In this document: positions 1 to 11,770 of the stretch, one piece after another
Position numbering within the stretch: position 1 is the first letter of the stretch
How the letters are laid out: the number at the start of each line of letters is the position of its first letter
Origin: Candidatus Methanomethylicia archaeon
Lineage (GTDB): Archaea > Thermoproteota > Methanomethylicia > CALHIW01
Assembly: GCA_038845975.1 (NCBI GenBank)
Contig: JAWBQF010000011.1
Coordinates: forward strand, 1-64,000
Direction: 5' to 3'
Length of the DNA stretch: 64,000 nucleotides
Position numbers and translations under genes: made by a program
The notes under the pieces: generated by a model
What the model saw: only the letters and a program-made list of their open reading frames with translations
Told to the model about the DNA's origin: nothing
The model's database searches: none

Positions 1-112
1 ACCTATTAATCCTAAACAAACCACTATTCTTAAGGGCTTTGAGGAGCCACCTAATGGTGATCACCTCCAAAAGCGGCTTCTCAAAGCTCCCTAAAAATAA
101 CTTGACAGTATC
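1..112 (-). mobile_element. IS6-family element, left end only (runs off window)
   Basis: Reverse complement begins GATACTGTCAAGTT and aligns with the left ~100 bp of the IS6 element at 8015. Confidence 0.7.
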
Positions 113-119
113 AATTTAT

Positions 120-305
120 AATATGTGGCAGCTTAAGAAATTATATAAATCTGTTGTTAGTATTTCGTGTTGGAATTAAGAGTTTGTTAAGGATCTTGGA
201 CTTTTGAGGGAAACGGTGTTCCATTAGATATTGAAATGATATAGCATTCCATGTTTCAAATATTTGAGGAAATTTCTAGAGCATTATCTGAAGTTCATAG
301 GTATT
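120..305. repeat. Degenerate ~190-bp repeat, copy 1 (MITE-like)
   Basis: Shares blocks such as TTATATAAA..CT.TTG..AGTATT and TTTCTAGAGCATTATCT..TTCATAGGT with 2281-2465. Confidence 0.65.
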
Positions 306-341
306 AGACGTATAATATGAGAAAAATAATGTGGTTTATGA

Positions 342-2105
342 TTATTCACGTTTTCTTCTTCTAGTTAATACAGCTATAATAACCACTATAACTATAAGTA
401 TAATGGCTATAAGAGATATTAGTGTTAAATCAATATAGGATGGTGTAGGAGTAGTTAGAGTAGGAGTTGTTGTTATAGGAGTTGTAGTCGGTATAGGAGT
501 AGTTGTTTCTTCTTTAAGCTTTATATTTAAATACATTAGCGAATTGTGTCCATATGGTCTAAACGCCCCTCCAGGCTTTGGAGCTATACCTTCCCACTTA
601 TTTGCCCAATAAGCCTCAATTGTAGCTGTATACCATAATGTTACATCATATACATTTTCAATTATATATCTTTGCATTTCTTTAATTACTTTAGCTCTCT
701 CTTCATCATTTAGTGTTTTAAGCTGTTTATAGTACATTTCATCATATTTTACATCTTGAAGCCAGCTGCTACTATATACTCCAGCAGCCTCTGATGTCCA
801 GGCGTAAAGTATTGACGATTCATCATGAACAGTCCAACCCCACATAGCTAAATCCCAATCTGTTGTTTTAGAAATCTTATCCCATAATACTCCTCCCTCC
901 ATTAATACGTAATCTATGTCTACTCCTATCTTAAGCCACCAATCCCTTAATATCTCTGCTACTCTAGCTCCTAGTGGAAAACCATTATAGACCCAGAATC
1001 TGAATTTTAGTGGTTTACCGTCCTTGGTTTCTCTTATTCCATCACCATTTTTATCTACGTATCCAGCTTTCTCAAGAATTTCTGCGGCCTTAGTTAAGTT
1101 GAACTTGGGGCGTATATTTTCATACTCTTTAGCATAGTATCGGCCGAAGGATGGTGGTATGATTGAGAATGCTTTAACTGGTGCTCCATAGTATAGGTTG
1201 TTAATTAGATAGTCTACATCTATAGCATGTAGAAGAGCCCATCTTACTTCCCTATCTAATAATGCTGGATGTTGACTACCATTTCGGGCAAGATTAATGT
1301 ATATATCATCAAATCTCGGTATAACCTCCTTAATAACTTTCACTCCACTTATCTTCTCTAATTCAGGTATAGCTGAAGCAGGTATTTCCGCAACAGCGTC
1401 CAGCTCCTTAGCTCTAAAAGCAGCAATCATAGTTTCATGTTCTGCAAATAAACGTATTACTAGTCTATCGATTTTTGGCTTTCCTGCAAAGAACTCGTTA
1501 AATGCCTCTAAAACTAGATACTCCCCAGGTTTCCACTCTACAAATTTAAATGGACCATACCCTATTGGCGGTATATATTCGTAAGTTAGACATTTCTCAT
1601 CAGTTATACCTTTCTCAGTCCATATATGTTTGGGAACGAAGTAAACTGATGTAAGCCATGGAAGTGGGCCTATAGGCTCCTTAAGTTTAATCTCAATCGT
1701 ATATGAATCCCTCACTATAGCTTCCTTCACTCCAGTCATGAATCTCGACATAGCACCTTTATATTTTAATATTAAATCAAAAGTGAATTTAACATCTTCA
1801 GCTGTAAATGGCTTTCCATCATGCCATTTTACATCTTTTCTAAGATACACTATAACTGTTGTTGGGTCTATTCTCTCATATTTTTCAGCAACCCAAGGTA
1901 CAGGATTCAGGTTTTCATCATAGCGGAAAAGAGTACCGTAAAGTGCAGATCTATATATACCGTATGCGTATCCAGCAAATGGATTAAATTTTATAACCCC
2001 TACCCAACCTAGAGTAAATGTTACTGGAATTTTCTGTGCTTGAATAAATGGTGTTATACATGTTAAAATTAGTAGCATAGCAATTATTGCTATAGTAATT
2101 CTCAT
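342..2105 (-). CDS. oppA: Peptide/nickel ABC transporter substrate-binding protein (family 5), C-terminally anchored
   Basis: Signal peptide, LRKDVKWHDGKPFTAEDVKFT family-5 signature, GYGPFK, Thr/Pro linker, TM helix, RRRKRE tail. Confidence 0.93.
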   Translation of the reverse strand: MRITIAIIAMLLILTCITPFIQAQKIPVTFTLGWVGVIKFNPFAGYAYGIYRSALYGTLFRYDENLNPVPWVAEKYERIDPTTVIVYLRKDVKWHDGKPFTAEDVKFTFDLILKYKGAMSRFMTGVKEAIVRDSYTIEIKLKEPIGPLPWLTSVYFVPKHIWTEKGITDEKCLTYEYIPPIGYGPFKFVEWKPGEYLVLEAFNEFFAGKPKIDRLVIRLFAEHETMIAAFRAKELDAVAEIPASAIPELEKISGVKVIKEVIPRFDDIYINLARNGSQHPALLDREVRWALLHAIDVDYLINNLYYGAPVKAFSIIPPSFGRYYAKEYENIRPKFNLTKAAEILEKAGYVDKNGDGIRETKDGKPLKFRFWVYNGFPLGARVAEILRDWWLKIGVDIDYVLMEGGVLWDKISKTTDWDLAMWGWTVHDESSILYAWTSEAAGVYSSSWLQDVKYDEMYYKQLKTLNDEERAKVIKEMQRYIIENVYDVTLWYTATIEAYWANKWEGIAPKPGGAFRPYGHNSLMYLNIKLKEETTTPIPTTTPITTTPTLTTPTPSYIDLTLISLIAIILIVIVVIIAVLTRRRKRE

Positions 2106-2280
2106 TTGTTAAACACCAATTTATTCTAAAATAGAAATTTATAAACTTTTGTAGTAGGTAAAATGGATTGTGAAGTCTATAGAGAGTCTAAACAATGTCT
2201 TTATCATATTGGAAGGCTTTAACCTATGTTTTATTACAGAGTAAAGTAGAAACACTACATTAATTTGACAAAACAGTTCG

Positions 2281-2465
2281 GATATGGCAACTTAAAAAGT
2301 TATATAAAATCTATTGCCAGTATTCATGTTCAATATTGAGTTTGATGAGATCTTAGAATATTGGCATGTCCAAATTAATGCAAAGTTCTATTGGAGATTA
2401 AATACTTGATATTTTATGTATCCAGATGTTTAAGGGTTTTCTAGAGCATTATCTTTCATAGGTTG
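2281..2465. repeat. Degenerate ~190-bp repeat, copy 2 (direct orientation)
   Basis: Homologous to 120-305. Confidence 0.65.
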
Positions 2466-3186
2466 TTTAAAATAGCTATTGACAGGTGGATAGATAAGCT
2501 TGAAGTGAATGTAAATTCATCATAATTTTTAGGAGAGCTATCTGGATAAAGTTGAATTAAAGCTAATGATAAGTTGAGTTTATGTAGTTGTAGATGCTGA
2601 TGAAATGGTAGCTATGAGAGACTATTTACAAATGCATTATGATGTCGAAATTCATTTAGTGATTAAATCATCATGATGAAAGAAGCATTCCTTAGGTTGG
2701 TTCATCATGGCTTTCTAAATCTTTTAAAGAACTTGGACTATATATACATTAACCTTTCAGTTCAGTAAGTATAATAGAACCGATATACCCATAAATTAAG
2801 AAACGTAAATAAGTTTAAATTGTCATGTCCAGGTGGAATTAGCAAAGTATGTTTACAAGTGTTTATAATTCTTTAGATATAGCTTAAACTTTCAAATGTG
2901 AAGATATCCATATATTTGATAGTTAATAAATTGGATTTATAAACTAGATTAGAATAGTTGAATAGTAGTTATACTAAGAAAACATAGAGTTACTTAAGAG
3001 TCTACAGTTTCTAATGGAGGCTTATTTAGTTTTACGTTATTAAGCTTTTGTTATTTGATATAGATTCATAGCTTATATCCATATTTTTATGTATTTATTA
3101 CGATTACATGAGCTTATTGATGCTTTCTGTCTCTCTAAACTTAATTTAGGAGTTAGAATTAGACTATAAGATATGTTCTAAATAGG

Positions 3187-3807
3187 CTATGATTGAATGG
3201 ACTCTGGTTGATGACGATAATTATTGTTTAGTATATTTAGGCTCCATCTTTTATAGAGGTTGTGTTCAATGTCTAGAATGTCGAGGATTTTCCCAACAAT
3301 ATAGTTTACTAGGTCGTTGATGTCATTTGGTTTATGGTAGAATGCAGGCATGGCTGGAACTATGTAGACTCCCTGCTTTGCAAGCCATAACATGTTTCTA
3401 AGATGATTAATACTTAATGGTGTTTCTCTAGGCATCAAGATAAGTTTTCTTCTCTCCTTCAGCATTACGTCAGCAGCTCTTAAAATAATATTGTCTGAGT
3501 ATCCGTAGGCTATGCCTGCAAGGGTTTTCATACTGCATGGAGCTATGACCATTCCATCTGTTTTAAATGATCCACTTATGATAGGAGCTCTCCAATCATT
3601 AACATTGTAAGTATAATTAGCGAGCTTTTCAATTTCCTCTTTCTTCATGTTAAGCTCGTGTTCAATTATTCTTTCAGCAGTGCAGCTAATAACTAAGTGA
3701 ATTTCAGCATTTCTTCTATTTAACTCTTCAATTAGCCTCTTAGCATAGATAACACCACTTGCCCCGGTAATTGCAATAATTAGTTTCAAGCAACCACCTA
3801 ATAGCAT
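3187..3807 (-). CDS. ubiX: Flavin prenyltransferase UbiX
   Basis: AITGASG, APCSMKTLA, RAADVMLKERRKLILMPRETP, PAFYH motifs. Confidence 0.95.
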   Translation of the reverse strand: MLLGGCLKLIIAITGASGVIYAKRLIEELNRRNAEIHLVISCTAERIIEHELNMKKEEIEKLANYTYNVNDWRAPIISGSFKTDGMVIAPCSMKTLAGIAYGYSDNIILRAADVMLKERRKLILMPRETPLSINHLRNMLWLAKQGVYIVPAMPAFYHKPNDINDLVNYIVGKILDILDIEHNLYKRWSLNILNNNYRHQPESIQS

Positions 3808-4528
3808 AATTCAATTAGCATTTAAACTTAATTTAAGCTAATATTATATGAGGTAAGCATTTAAAATACTAATGCATACCTGGAAAACTAAAATAATTGC
3901 ATTGGTAAAGAATTTAAATATGAAATTTAATCGTAATAGTTGAATTATGAGGATATGGAGGATTAGTGAGAAATAACCTCATAATGGCTAATATCACTGT
4001 AGGACTAAAAATTAGGGGAATAGAAATGCTAAAGTAAATTGTTTGCTATAAGGATAAAGCTTTACCATTCCTTTAGCTACTGAACGTTTATGATATATTT
4101 TAGTGCTTCCAATATTTTATTTAGCTTATGTTACTAAGTTCTAGAGTAATTACTCTATAATTTCTCTTATTGAACTGTTTAATACTATGCAATAATGTTA
4201 TTAGCTTTATTTAAAGCTATAAGTTCTCAATGAATTCATACTGGTCCTCTTACTTAATAATTTTAGCTAATAGTTATCTATTAGCTAGAGTATTTTTAAA
4301 CAACTTCTTGAACAAGTTTATGGAGTATAATTAGGTTTAGAATCTATAAAGCTTTATTTTCTAAAATACTTAACTTTTAATGTGGATAATGCTTGTCCTA
4401 TAGCCTTAGAAGTTTAAGTATAGTGTTCTTACACTGTATTATGAGTAGAGTTAACAATAATGCTTATGGAAAGATTTAAATATAGTAAACACTGTTATAT
4501 TGGCTACTAGTGGGTTAGTGATGTATTT

Positions 4529-4996
4529 ATGTCTGAGAAAATCTCAGCAGTTCAAGTCTATAAGTTGCTGCCTGGAACTAATTGTAAAAAATGCGGAACA
4601 ACATGTATGGGATTTGCTGTAAAGCTTATACAGAAAGAAGCTAAACTTGAACAGTGTACTCCTCTAATTGAGGAATCTAGATATAGTGAGAAGCTTAGTA
4701 GATTAAGGGAGCTTCTTAAACCATTAATGGAGGCTCCGGAAACTCTTATTGATGTTGATGTTGATAAATGTATTGGATGTGGAAACTGCGTTATAGCTTG
4801 CCCAGCAAATGTATCCATTGAACCGCAGGTAGCTAGAGGATTTAATCCGAGAAGTAGTGATGTAGTGTTTACTGTTGAGAATGGGAAGCTTAAGATTTTA
4901 AATATTCAGAAATGTAGAAGATATCCACCCTCAAGAATGAATTGTAGAGTATGTGAGCTTGTATGCTATAGCAATGCTATAAGGATATTGGGATAA
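4529..4996 (+). CDS. Fe-S protein: N-terminal LPxxNCxxCG..C domain plus FwdG-like ferredoxin domain
   Basis: LLPGTNCKKCGTTCMGFA; CIGCGNCVIACP; CRVCELVC. Confidence 0.8.
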   Translation: MSEKISAVQVYKLLPGTNCKKCGTTCMGFAVKLIQKEAKLEQCTPLIEESRYSEKLSRLRELLKPLMEAPETLIDVDVDKCIGCGNCVIACPANVSIEPQVARGFNPRSSDVVFTVENGKLKILNIQKCRRYPPSRMNCRVCELVCYSNAIRILG

Positions 4997-5078
4997 CATA
5001 AATTAAAAGATTAATGTTGAATTGCTCCATGAAGACTATACAATTATAGATTAGAAGACTGATTGAATCCTTTAATTT

Positions 5079-5131
5079 GTTCTGTGATTTTATATGAGAA
5101 GTAATATGGTTGATGGTTTAAGTTCTAGAGC
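5079..5131. mobile_element. ~60-bp mini-MITE, copy A (degenerate)
   Basis: GTTCTGTGATTTTATATGAGAAGTA..TGATGGTTTAAGTTC aligns with copy C at 28708. Confidence 0.65.
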
Positions 5132-5306
5132 ATTTAGTTCTAGCAGACATGTCCAACTTATTAATAAATCTCTTACTATAACTTTAAATGTAGCATGTAT
5201 AGAAGAAATTATAATAATAGAAATATGAGAAAATTAATAATGAAGTTAAGTAATAATTGGGCACAACTGTTCTGGCGTAAAACTTATATTATTATAGGGT
5301 ACTTAG

Positions 5307-6326
<1,020 letters not shown>

Positions 6327-6363
6327 TGAATTCAAAAATTAAAAAATATATTGTTTAAGTATT

Positions 6364-7968
6364 TTATGAGGTAAGTCCTGCCTTTATAGCTTTATATGTG
6401 TTTATGATTGATTCTAGGTTAAAGTTGTATATAAGTATAGGTCTTGCTGGAGCTCCAGATCCCTCCTTAACTATCATTGCAGGTAGTGAGAATATAAATG
6501 CAGTTGTATTCATCTTAGGAAGTATGGCGAAGTTAAAGTTTTCCCCAATCCATATATTATTGCTAACCACAATTTTATGAACTGGAAAATCTACTGTTTG
6601 TGGTGGTGGATCTATACTTAAAACATCAAGCGCTATTCCCTTAACACCCTTCCTAACAAGATACTCAGCTGCTTCAGGTGTAATTCCTGGAAAGCCCTTA
6701 CCAGATTTACTCCAATACTCACTCCAACTCTTATATACTCCCCAGTAACGTATCCATCCGGTATTTATTAGAACTATATCACCCTTACTAATTACTATAC
6801 CTGTCTTTTCCTCCCATGATTTAATATCACCAGCAGTTATTGAGTAATTGGAGTGTTTAATGTAGGAACTCATATCCATTATTACTGCTCTACCCCAGAA
6901 TCTATCAAGGGGTATTTCATTGATTCTCCAAACATTAACAGCAAAATGTGCCGGAGCATCCATATGTGTACCTGTATGCTCATTCATGGTTAAAGATCCA
7001 TAGTATGCACTATACTTTTTTATCATTTCTTCAGGAGTGCCCTCTCTACTGAACCCACTCCATATAGTAAACCATGCAGGCATACCATTTCTAACTAGGA
7101 GAGCTAGATCGTATTTATCAGCAAGATCAAATGACATCTTCATTAGATTGGCTAAAACCATGTTTAGATGAATGCTAACATCAGGATCATAGAATGCTAA
7201 CACTTCAAGTCCAGGCCCTGCAGATCCCTTCTCAGTTTTTAATGGAGCTATTATTAGGAAAGCTGCATTATCAGCTAGCCTCTCAAGATTAGTATTTAGA
7301 TTCTCAATTATGTAAACGTTTGCCTCAGTGATTACTTGATGTGCTGGAAAGTTCATAGCTGGCGCTGGATCTATACTTAAAGTATCCACTCCAATACCTA
7401 TAACTCCTTTCTCAACTAGATATTTAGCAGCATCGGCTGAAAGGCCTGGCCATCCTCTTGCAATGTTCCAGTATTGACTCCAGCTACTATATAGCCCCCA
7501 AAATTAGCCCAACCAGTATAAATTAGAACTATAGATCCTCTCGGTATCTCAACACCTACGCTTTTCTCCCAACTTTTCAATTCATTCATTGTTATAGTAT
7601 CGTTTGGATGTGATATATATTTTCTTGCATCAATCACCAATGCAACACCATATAATCTATCTAGTGGGATCTCATTAATAAACAATCCATTAACACTAAA
7701 ATGTACAGGAGCATCAACATGAGTTCCAGTATGTTCACTTAAGTTATTTAAGAGAAGAACATAATAACCATCCTTTGGTACAGTAGCCGTAATCTTAACC
7801 TCCCCAACAATACCAAACCACTTAATAATCTCGTTTTGTATAGGATAAGTTAACTCAAGCACCTTAACTCCTAAGAACTCAGTTTCTCTAGGGCTAGGAA
7901 TCTTTTCAGCACCACTAAAGCAACCAACAACGCTACTAGCTGAAAAACCTTAAATTCAACAAATTCAC
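6364..7968 (-). pseudogene. Tandem two-domain cyclase/kynurenine-formamidase-family protein, frameshifted (ORFs 7416-7862 and 6364-7389)
   Basis: Two HTGTHxDAPxHF motifs; adding one T in TTTTGGGGG near 7500 restores GWANFWGLY, parallel to GWIRYWGVY in domain 2; a hydrophobic leader lies out of frame, with an in-frame stop at 7950-7952. Confidence 0.8.
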
Positions 7969-8014
7969 CCAGAGTTTAGTGGGAATAACTTATAAACTTT
8001 ACTAATAAATTGCT

Positions 8015-8705
8015 GATACTGTTACTTTTAGATTTTTGAGAAGTTATTCTTTAGAAGTGATTTTAATAGATAAGCTTCTCAAAGCCCTAAGAGATAAAGG
8101 AGTTTTCAGGCGTAATAAGGTTTCGCTTAAAGAGGTTGAGAGCATTCTCTACATGGCTTAGCTATAGGGATATAGCTTACGTCTGCTGGGTTGTTGATGT
8201 GGGTCATGTATCAGTATGGTGTTGGGTTCAAAGAATTGAGGGAGTAGGAATTTATGTGAATCCAATAGAGGGATTGTAGCTATTGATGAGATGAAGCTGA
8301 AGGAGACTGGAAATCATTTCTACGTATGGCTACGATAGACGTTAAGACCAAGGAGCTCCTAGCAATAAGGACCTCATGGCAACGAAGCATTCTAGATACG
8401 GAGCTTTCCTGAAGCAGGTTCTGAATGCATTAATAAGCCTCTAATCCTAGTAGGGACCTTGGTATCAGGCATTACATAACCATGGTTTAAGATGGAGGCA
8501 TCAGACCTTCGCTAAGAAATGCTATGGAGTGATGGTTTCGAACACTTAAGGATCGAACAAGAAGATTCTACAACAGCTTCCAGACAAGAAAGTCATAAAG
8601 ATCAACTTATTCCTCAATTTCTTCATAATTTGGTATAATTGGATAAGACCACAGCAAACCTTAGGAATACCACAGCAATAACATAATCCTAAAAGTAACA
8701 GTATC
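8015..8705 (+). mobile_element. IS6-family element, decayed transposase
   Basis: Perfect 17-bp TIR GATACTGTTACTTTTAG; perfect 8-bp TSD AAATTGCT; IVAIDE and EWFRTLK-like remnants. Confidence 0.9.
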
Positions 8706-8714
8706 AAATTGCTT

Positions 8715-9350
8715 GTTCTGTTAACTTTAGCTCCAAGATTATTTTTATTCATTGCACTATTAATGTAGTATCTTCACACATGTTATGGGTTGCTTATATT
8801 AGGATAGTTAAGCATTATTGTTAAGCCTAATAACCTTTAGATATTTAAAATACATTATTGTTAGCTTCATTACTTCCTATTCTAAATTGATATTGTATCC
8901 TAAAATGGAGTTCTGTGATAAACTATTATATTAACATAAGTCTTAGAAGGCTTCAACTACCTATAATCCGGAGTGGTTAAGAGTAAATCTTAATGTATGC
9001 ATTTCTTCAAGATATTAAGGGAGAGATGATTTCAGTATAGTTATCACTAGTCATTTAAATGCCACACATATGCTTCTAAAGCTAGCTGTTAGATTAGATA
9101 TTAAGGTTAATAGAATGTAAAATAAGAGTTAATGAGACACTTAAAGATTTTATTGGAAAGCATAATCAATACATAGTAAGTATAGAAAGCTATTAAAACG
9201 TGCTTGGAAGGTTAATACATAATTGGATGGAACCATATACATCATTAAACAATAAGACATCATTTAGAAGGAGATCAAAGATTTAGATAAAATGAAAGCT
9301 CTTAATAGGAGAGACAATAAAATAATGTAACATCATAAAGTTAACAGAAC
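8715..9350 (+). mobile_element. IS6-family-like element, heavily decayed
   Basis: Perfect 15-bp TIR GTTCTGTTAACTTTA/TAAAGTTAACAGAAC; no intact ORF. Confidence 0.75.
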
Positions 9351-9421
9351 TAAATCACTTATAGCTTAATTCTGAAGCACGCAAATTCAATGAGTATTAA
9401 ACCATAAACCTAGTAATAGAA

Positions 9422-9480
9422 GATCTTGTAAAACGTAAGTTATCAGCTACATATACTTTTCATATCTAAAGTTCTAGAGC
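9422..9480. mobile_element. ~60-bp mini-MITE, copy B
   Basis: ATCAGCTACAT.TACTT.TCATAT.TAAAGTT core; flanks TAATAGAA/CAATAGAG. Confidence 0.75.
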
Positions 9481-9617
9481 CAATAGAGATGGACTATCAA
9501 CTTTAGAAATTCTATTTAGGTATTCCTTACTCTTGTCTTATCAGTAATATTGGTATAGGTAATTAAGTTTAAATATTTTGCACTTATATAATTAGGTTGG
9601 CTATGTGAGGTTGGTTA

Positions 9618-10574
9618 ATGCTGCCTCCGTCTTTAATTATTGATAATCTGAAGACTTATTATGAAACACGTAGTGGAGCTGTTAGAGCTGTGGATGGTGT
9701 AAGCTTTCAAATAGAGGTAGGAGAGGCTTTTGGTTTAGCTGGAGAGTCTGGATGTGGTAAGACAACTATAGCCTTATCTATTATGAGATTGCTTCCGAGA
9801 AATGGTAGAATAGTAAATGGTAAAATATTGTTTAAGGGATTAGATCTTACGGAGGCTACATTGAGAGAGATGAATAAGATTAGGTGGAAACGTATTTCAA
9901 TGATTTTTCAGGGAGCCATGAATGCTCTAAATCCAGTACATAAGGTAGGAGATCAAATTGTTGAAGCGATAGTAGCTCATGATGGAGTGGAGAAAAGAGA
10001 AGCTTTAGAGAGAGCTGGGAAACTTATGGAAATGGTTGGGTTGTCTACAGATATGATTAATAAGTATCCGCATGAGCTTAGTGGAGGTATGAAGCAGAGA
10101 GTTATTATAGCCATGGCTCTCTCATGTAATCCGGAGCTTATTATTGCTGATGAACCTACCACAGCCCTAGACGTAATTGTTCAAGCACAAATACTTAAAC
10201 TAATAGGTGAGCTTAAAGCTAAATTAAACCTATCATTAATGCTTATAACTCACGATTTATCAATAATATCTGAGCTATGTAATAGGGTAGCTATTATGTA
10301 TGCTGGGAAAATTGTGGAGATAGGAGATGTAAAAAATGTTTGTAGGAGTCCACTACATCCATACACTCAAGGATTAGTAGCTGCTTTCCCTAGTGTTAGA
10401 GAGGAAAAAAGAAAGCTATCATATATTCCAGGCTCTCCCCCAGATCTTTTGAATCCACCTTCTGGATGTAGGTTTCATTTAAGATGCTCTAAAGCTATGG
10501 ATAAATGTAGGATGGAGGAGCCTAAACTGGCTAAGGTAAATAATACATTTATAGCATGTCATCTATATGATTAG
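9618..10574 (+). CDS. oppD: Peptide ABC transporter ATPase
   Basis: GESGCGKT, LSGGMKQR, ADEPTT, C-terminal GCRFHxRC..CHL. Confidence 0.95.
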   Translation: MLPPSLIIDNLKTYYETRSGAVRAVDGVSFQIEVGEAFGLAGESGCGKTTIALSIMRLLPRNGRIVNGKILFKGLDLTEATLREMNKIRWKRISMIFQGAMNALNPVHKVGDQIVEAIVAHDGVEKREALERAGKLMEMVGLSTDMINKYPHELSGGMKQRVIIAMALSCNPELIIADEPTTALDVIVQAQILKLIGELKAKLNLSLMLITHDLSIISELCNRVAIMYAGKIVEIGDVKNVCRSPLHPYTQGLVAAFPSVREEKRKLSYIPGSPPDLLNPPSGCRFHLRCSKAMDKCRMEEPKLAKVNNTFIACHLYD

Positions 10575-11559
10575 TGATAACGTTATAATTAAGGTTGAGG
10601 ATTTAAAAAAATGGTTTCCAATTAGAAAGGGGGTTTTTGTAAGTCTATTTTCTAAAAAACAGGAGTTTATTAGAGCCGTTGATGGAGTTAGCTTTGAGAT
10701 AGTTAAGGGAGAAGTTTTTGGACTTGTTGGTGAAAGTGGATGTGGTAAGACGACAGTAGGTAAAACTATTCTTAGAATTATTGAGCCTACAAGCGGTAAA
10801 GTATATTTTAAGGGAATTGATATACTTAAATTATCAAGAAGTGAAATAAGAAAACTTCGTAGGAGAATGCAGCTAATATATCAGGATCCTTTTGAATCAT
10901 TAAATCCTAGAATGACAATCTACAATCTAGTAGGAGAACCATTATCAATTAATAAGCTAGTTAATAATGTAGATGAGAAGGTAGAGAAGGTTATTAAGGC
11001 TTTAGAAGATGTTGAGCTTAAGCCCCCAGAAACATTTCTCGATAAGTATCCGCATGAGCTTAGTGGAGGTCAAAGACAGAGAGTAGCTATTGCCAGAGCT
11101 TTAGTACTACAGCCGGAATTCATAGTAGCGGACGAACCTGTTTCAATGCTTGATGTTTCAATTAGAGCTGAAATTCTTGAAATAATGCTTAAATTAAAAG
11201 AACACTATGGAATATCTTACCTCTTCATAACCCATGATCTAGCATTAGCACGTCATATATGTGATAAAATAGCTATAATGTATTTAGGAAGGATAATGGA
11301 GATAGGGGATGTAGAAGACGTAATGAGAAATCCCATGCATCCGTACACTAAAGCACTACTAGACGCTGCTCCGGATATTACAGAGAGTAAATTAAAAATT
11401 TCAATAAAGGGATTTGTACCACAATCACCTATAAATATCCCTCCAGGATGTAGATTCCATCCAAGATGCTTAGAAACCATGGATTTATGTAGAAAAGAAG
11501 ACCCGCAACTACTTAAAGTGAATGGGAAACATTATGTAGCATGCCATCTACATAACTAA
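10567..11559 (+). CDS. oppF: Peptide ABC transporter ATPase
   Basis: GESGCGKT, LSGGQRQR, ADEPVSMLD; overlaps the upstream ATPase gene. Confidence 0.95.
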   Translation: MISDNVIIKVEDLKKWFPIRKGVFVSLFSKKQEFIRAVDGVSFEIVKGEVFGLVGESGCGKTTVGKTILRIIEPTSGKVYFKGIDILKLSRSEIRKLRRRMQLIYQDPFESLNPRMTIYNLVGEPLSINKLVNNVDEKVEKVIKALEDVELKPPETFLDKYPHELSGGQRQRVAIARALVLQPEFIVADEPVSMLDVSIRAEILEIMLKLKEHYGISYLFITHDLALARHICDKIAIMYLGRIMEIGDVEDVMRNPMHPYTKALLDAAPDITESKLKISIKGFVPQSPINIPPGCRFHPRCLETMDLCRKEDPQLLKVNGKHYVACHLHN

Positions 11560-11770
11560 AACCAAAACCTACTACACCATAACTAAGACTAAATAATCCA
11601 TTATAAAACATTAAATTTAAGCTTATATAGCATTATAAATCTACATCTACCATATTTCCTAAACGGGAGCTTAATATGATCCTAGAACCACAATGATGTT
11701 TAAAATATTAACTTAATGCTAATTAAGCTAGGTAACACTAAGCTTAAATGAAATTCAAATATACTACTAT

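Noticed and set aside
440-510. Thr/Pro low-complexity repeats in binding proteins (also ~19080-19190)
   Set aside because: Ordinary linkers of archaeal membrane-anchored binding proteins
2672-2709. 9-bp inverted repeat CATGATGAA/TTCATCATG
   Set aside because: Isolated; no second copy or ordered C/D boxes; plausible by chance
8546-8752. Short ORFs in spacers (also 16290-16484, 27281-27475, 55274-55456)
   Set aside because: They lie in decayed IS or non-coding DNA and have no recognisable motifs
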